Part shown: positions 16,286 through 18,891 of the stretch, piece by piece | Position numbering within the stretch: the first letter of the stretch is position 1 | Layout of the letters: each line of letters opens with the position of its first letter | Source: Acidobacteriota bacterium | GTDB lineage: Bacteria; Acidobacteriota; UBA6911; JACQSX01 | DNA: 18,891 bases | Reading direction: 5' to 3' | Assembly: GCA_036507075.1 (NCBI GenBank) | Contig: DASXQR010000195.1 | Coordinates: 1-18,891, forward strand | Made by a program: the position numbers and the translations under genes | The notes under the pieces: generated by a model | The model's input: the letters and a program-made list of their open reading frames with translations, nothing else | What the model was told of the DNA's origin: nothing | Database searches by the model: none

Positions 16286-17220
16286 ATGAAGACATTCGTA
16301 ATCACATTCATTGCGTCCTTAATTCTGCTCTTGCTCACCTGCAGCGCGCTGGCGCAGGATCCGCGGGGTTTGATTCGCGGGCGGGTGACGGACGCCACCG
16401 GCGGCATCGTCGTGGGCACGCGGGTGGTGGCGGTCAACACGGAAACGCAAACACGGGCTTCCGCTGAAACCAATGCTGAAGGGCTGTACAACATTCCCTT
16501 TCTGCTGCCCGGCACATACATCGTTACAGCCGAATTGCCTGGCTTCAAGGTCTACTCACGCTCCGGCGTTCAGGTGCGGGTCAGCGAGACTACAGACCTG
16601 AATATCCAGATGGAACTGGGAGAAGTAACCGATCCATGGAGCGCACCGCAAGCTTTGCCATGCAGGATAAATTTCTTGGCGTCTACCTTCATGACGATTT
16701 TAAGGTGAGCGCAAAGCTCACGTTGAATCTGGGACTTCGTTACGAACTCGAGACGCCGCTTACGGAGCGTTTCAATCGGCTGGTAGGCGGTTTTGCTTTT
16801 GGCACACCCAATCCCGTTGAAGCAGCGGCGCGGGCGAATTACGCCGAGTCCCCGATCCCTGAACTTCCGCCTGACCAGTTCCATGCTCTGGGTGGTTTGA
16901 CCTGGGCCGGTCAGGGAAGCAACGGCCGCAGTCCGTTTAGAACGGAAAAGAACAACTTCATGCCGCGTTTCGGTTTTGCCTGGCTGTTCAGTCCCCGGGC
17001 TACACTGCGGGGCGGCTATGGCGTTTTCTACGACACCATCGGCGTTAATGCCACACGCGCTATTCAGACCGGTTTTTCGCAGACCACTCCCATCCAGGCC
17101 TCACTCAACGAGGGATTGACCTATATTGCCAGTACGGCCAATCCTTTCCCAAACGGCCTGCTTGCGCCGCTTGGTCCCGCAGGCGGATTGGCTAACCTTG
17201 GCCAATCGCTCGAATTTTAT
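16286..17220 (+). pseudogene. TonB-dependent receptor pseudogene (carboxypeptidase regulatory-like N-terminus), internally deleted and 3'-truncated
   Basis: A signal peptide plus G.I.GRVTDATGG.V.G..V...N..T...TN.EG.Y....LLPG.Y.V.AE..GFK runs to about 16632. It then jumps, out of frame, to the mid-barrel segment YLHDDFKV..KLTLNLGLRYE...NNFMPRFGFAW...LRGGYGVFYD and breaks off at a repeat arm at 17221. Confidence 0.88.
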
Positions 17221-17222
17221 TT

Positions 17223-17262
17223 CTCTGCGAAATCTCAGCGTGCTCAGCGCCTCGGCGGTGAA
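17223..17262 (-). repeat. Solo CRCNRAG-family arm, inverted relative to 14615-14654
   Basis: The minus strand reads TTCACCGCCGAGGCGCTGAGCACGCTGAGATTTCGCAGAG, 32/40 identical without gaps to 14615-14654. Confidence 0.88.
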
Positions 17263-17327
17263 AGAACGGATGACGTTCACAGCTTACTTCTGACTTTTGA
17301 AATAATCCGGTTGCAGGAGGATAAATC

Positions 17328-18827
17328 ATGAAAAGCATATTAATGACAGGCCTTGCTTCTCTTGGACTATTGATTATCGTGACTTCTGCCCCAGACCTTT
17401 TGGGTAAGGACACAGGCGCTCGCAATCTGGTCCAGAATCCCGGTTTTGAGCTCATGGACGAATCCGGAAAGACCCTCCTGGCCTGGCGCAAGGGATTTCC
17501 TCGGGAAGAGATTGCGCCGCTTTTCGAATTGGATTCCAAAGTGGTCCATTCCGGCCGACACTCGGCAAAGCTCACCGCCAGAGGAAGCCCCGGAACGTTT
17601 GGTTACTGGGCAACCACGGTTAAAGGAATCCAAGCCACCAATAACCCGGTTTCGGACGCGTCGCCCACCGCCCTCAGCATCCCGGGTACCGATTTTCTGA
17701 GCGACAAAAGTTATCGAATAAGCTGCTACTTCAAGACAAAAGATGTCGAATCCATCGGCAAGAGCGTGGCTGTCAGGATCAGTTGGAATGATGAAAAGGG
17801 CCGGGAAGTATTGAAAGAATACATCCTCCCGTCCGGTGACGACGGAGATTGGCAAAAGGCAGAGCGAATCTTAACCGCGCCGCGGAGCGCCCGAAGCATT
17901 GACATCGAACTGGTACTGCAGTGGTCGAAAGCGGGCACCGTCTGGTGGGACGACTTACGCGTGGAGGAAGCTGCGTCGTTGCCCCATCGCAAGATCAAGG
18001 TGGCAACCGTGAGTTATCAGCCTCCTGCTCCTTCCACCCCGGCGAAGAACCGGCAGTTCTATGCCGAGAAGGCCGCGGAAGCGGGAAGGGCAGGGGCCGA
18101 TATTCTATGTCTGGGCGAAGGAATCACGGTGGTCTCCACGGGAAAGAAATATGACGAGGTCGCCGAAACCGTTGCCGGTCCCACCAGCCAGATTCTGGGG
18201 CAAGTAGCCAAAACTTATCGCATGTACATCGTCGCAGGAATTTACGAAAGAGAAGGAGCGCTGGTATACAACACGTCGCTGCTGATCGGACGAAACGGTG
18301 AGATCGTAGGCAAGTACCGCAAGATCCATCTTCCGGAAACCGAGATCAGCGGAGGCCTCACTCCCGGCGACAGCTATCCTGTCTTTAAGACGGATTTTGG
18401 AACGATCGGACTGCAGGTCTGTTATGACAATTTTTTCCCGGAAGGCGTAAGGACCTTGGCCCTGCAAGGCGCAGAAATCATTTTTCTCCCGATCTGGGGA
18501 GACGGTCGAGGCGAGGGGTACCAATGGGATATCGTGGCCCGGGCCCGGGCCATCGATAACGCTGTCTTTTTGATTGCATCCATTTATACCGACAAACGAA
18601 GTCTCATCATCGACCCGAACGGGCACATCCTTGCAGATACAAGCGGAAAGAGCGGCATGGTGATGTCTGAAATTGACCTCGACCAGCGTACCTTTGAGCG
18701 CTGGCTGTCGGTGCACGGTTATGGCGATTGGAAAAACCTCTATCCCAAGGAACGCCGCCCCGACACGTATCAAAACCTTTCGAAAGACAAGCCCATTGCG
18801 CGATCGCCTGACCAGCCGAAGCAGTGA
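17328..18827 (+). CDS. Secreted carbon-nitrogen hydrolase (nitrilase superfamily) with N-terminal carbohydrate-binding-like domain
   Basis: 499 aa with GGAGG upstream and a signal peptide. NLVQNPGFE...HSG..S...GTVWWDDLRVEE is a CBM4/9-like jelly roll. Catalytic triad E (LCLGEG), K (YRKIHL), C (VCYD), plus ARAIDN. Confidence 0.9.
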   Translation: MKSILMTGLASLGLLIIVTSAPDLLGKDTGARNLVQNPGFELMDESGKTLLAWRKGFPREEIAPLFELDSKVVHSGRHSAKLTARGSPGTFGYWATTVKGIQATNNPVSDASPTALSIPGTDFLSDKSYRISCYFKTKDVESIGKSVAVRISWNDEKGREVLKEYILPSGDDGDWQKAERILTAPRSARSIDIELVLQWSKAGTVWWDDLRVEEAASLPHRKIKVATVSYQPPAPSTPAKNRQFYAEKAAEAGRAGADILCLGEGITVVSTGKKYDEVAETVAGPTSQILGQVAKTYRMYIVAGIYEREGALVYNTSLLIGRNGEIVGKYRKIHLPETEISGGLTPGDSYPVFKTDFGTIGLQVCYDNFFPEGVRTLALQGAEIIFLPIWGDGRGEGYQWDIVARARAIDNAVFLIASIYTDKRSLIIDPNGHILADTSGKSGMVMSEIDLDQRTFERWLSVHGYGDWKNLYPKERRPDTYQNLSKDKPIARSPDQPKQ

Positions 18828-18891
18828 AGCCGTTGGGGTCAGGTCTTCAGAATTCATTTTTTGAATGACTATTGAAGATGGGAACTACAAC

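Noticed and set aside
103..17262. Integron cassette array interpretation
   Set aside because: There is no integrase, genes are in mixed orientation and several have their own promoters, and the repeats lack the RYYYAAC...GTTRRRY attC ends.
17221..17331. C-terminal tail of ORF 16636-17331 overlapping the nitrilase start (ATGA), suggesting translational coupling
   Set aside because: The tail is read-through of a repeat arm and intergenic DNA after the receptor breakpoint, so the overlap is probably coincidental.

Overview
High-GC bacterial DNA, probably Acidobacteriota (inferred from an ADOP-type duplicated permease, a carboxypeptidase-regulatory-domain TonB receptor remnant and secreted PQQ-propeller and BNR proteins). 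The window is a mosaic of about 15 unrelated accessory genes in mixed orientation: a secreted alpha/beta hydrolase, a GT39/ArnT-like glycosyltransferase, a Tat-exported BNR/sialidase-like protein, a DUF1778-GNAT toxin-antitoxin pair with visible promoter and operator, a secreted hypothetical protein, GlsB/YeaQ/YmgE, a B12-binding radical SAM enzyme, an orphan ABC permease, a PQQ propeller, a PL14-like lyase, a TfoX-like protein, dodecin, MgtC/SapB-DUF4010 and a CBM-nitrilase fusion. There are also two broken genes. No transposase, integrase, rRNA, tRNA or CRISPR array is visible. The most striking signal is non-coding. Many gene junctions carry members of one family of short inverted repeats built from a C-R-C-N-R-A-G heptamer repeated every 8-10 nt. 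At two loci these are nested with a second end motif and REP-like hairpin pairs. Two 40-bp members in inverted orientation bracket a 2.6-kb block whose two outward-facing terminal genes break off at the repeats, which suggests repeat-directed DNA capture or deletion by an enzyme encoded elsewhere. Product calls come from motif recognition only; no database searches were run.
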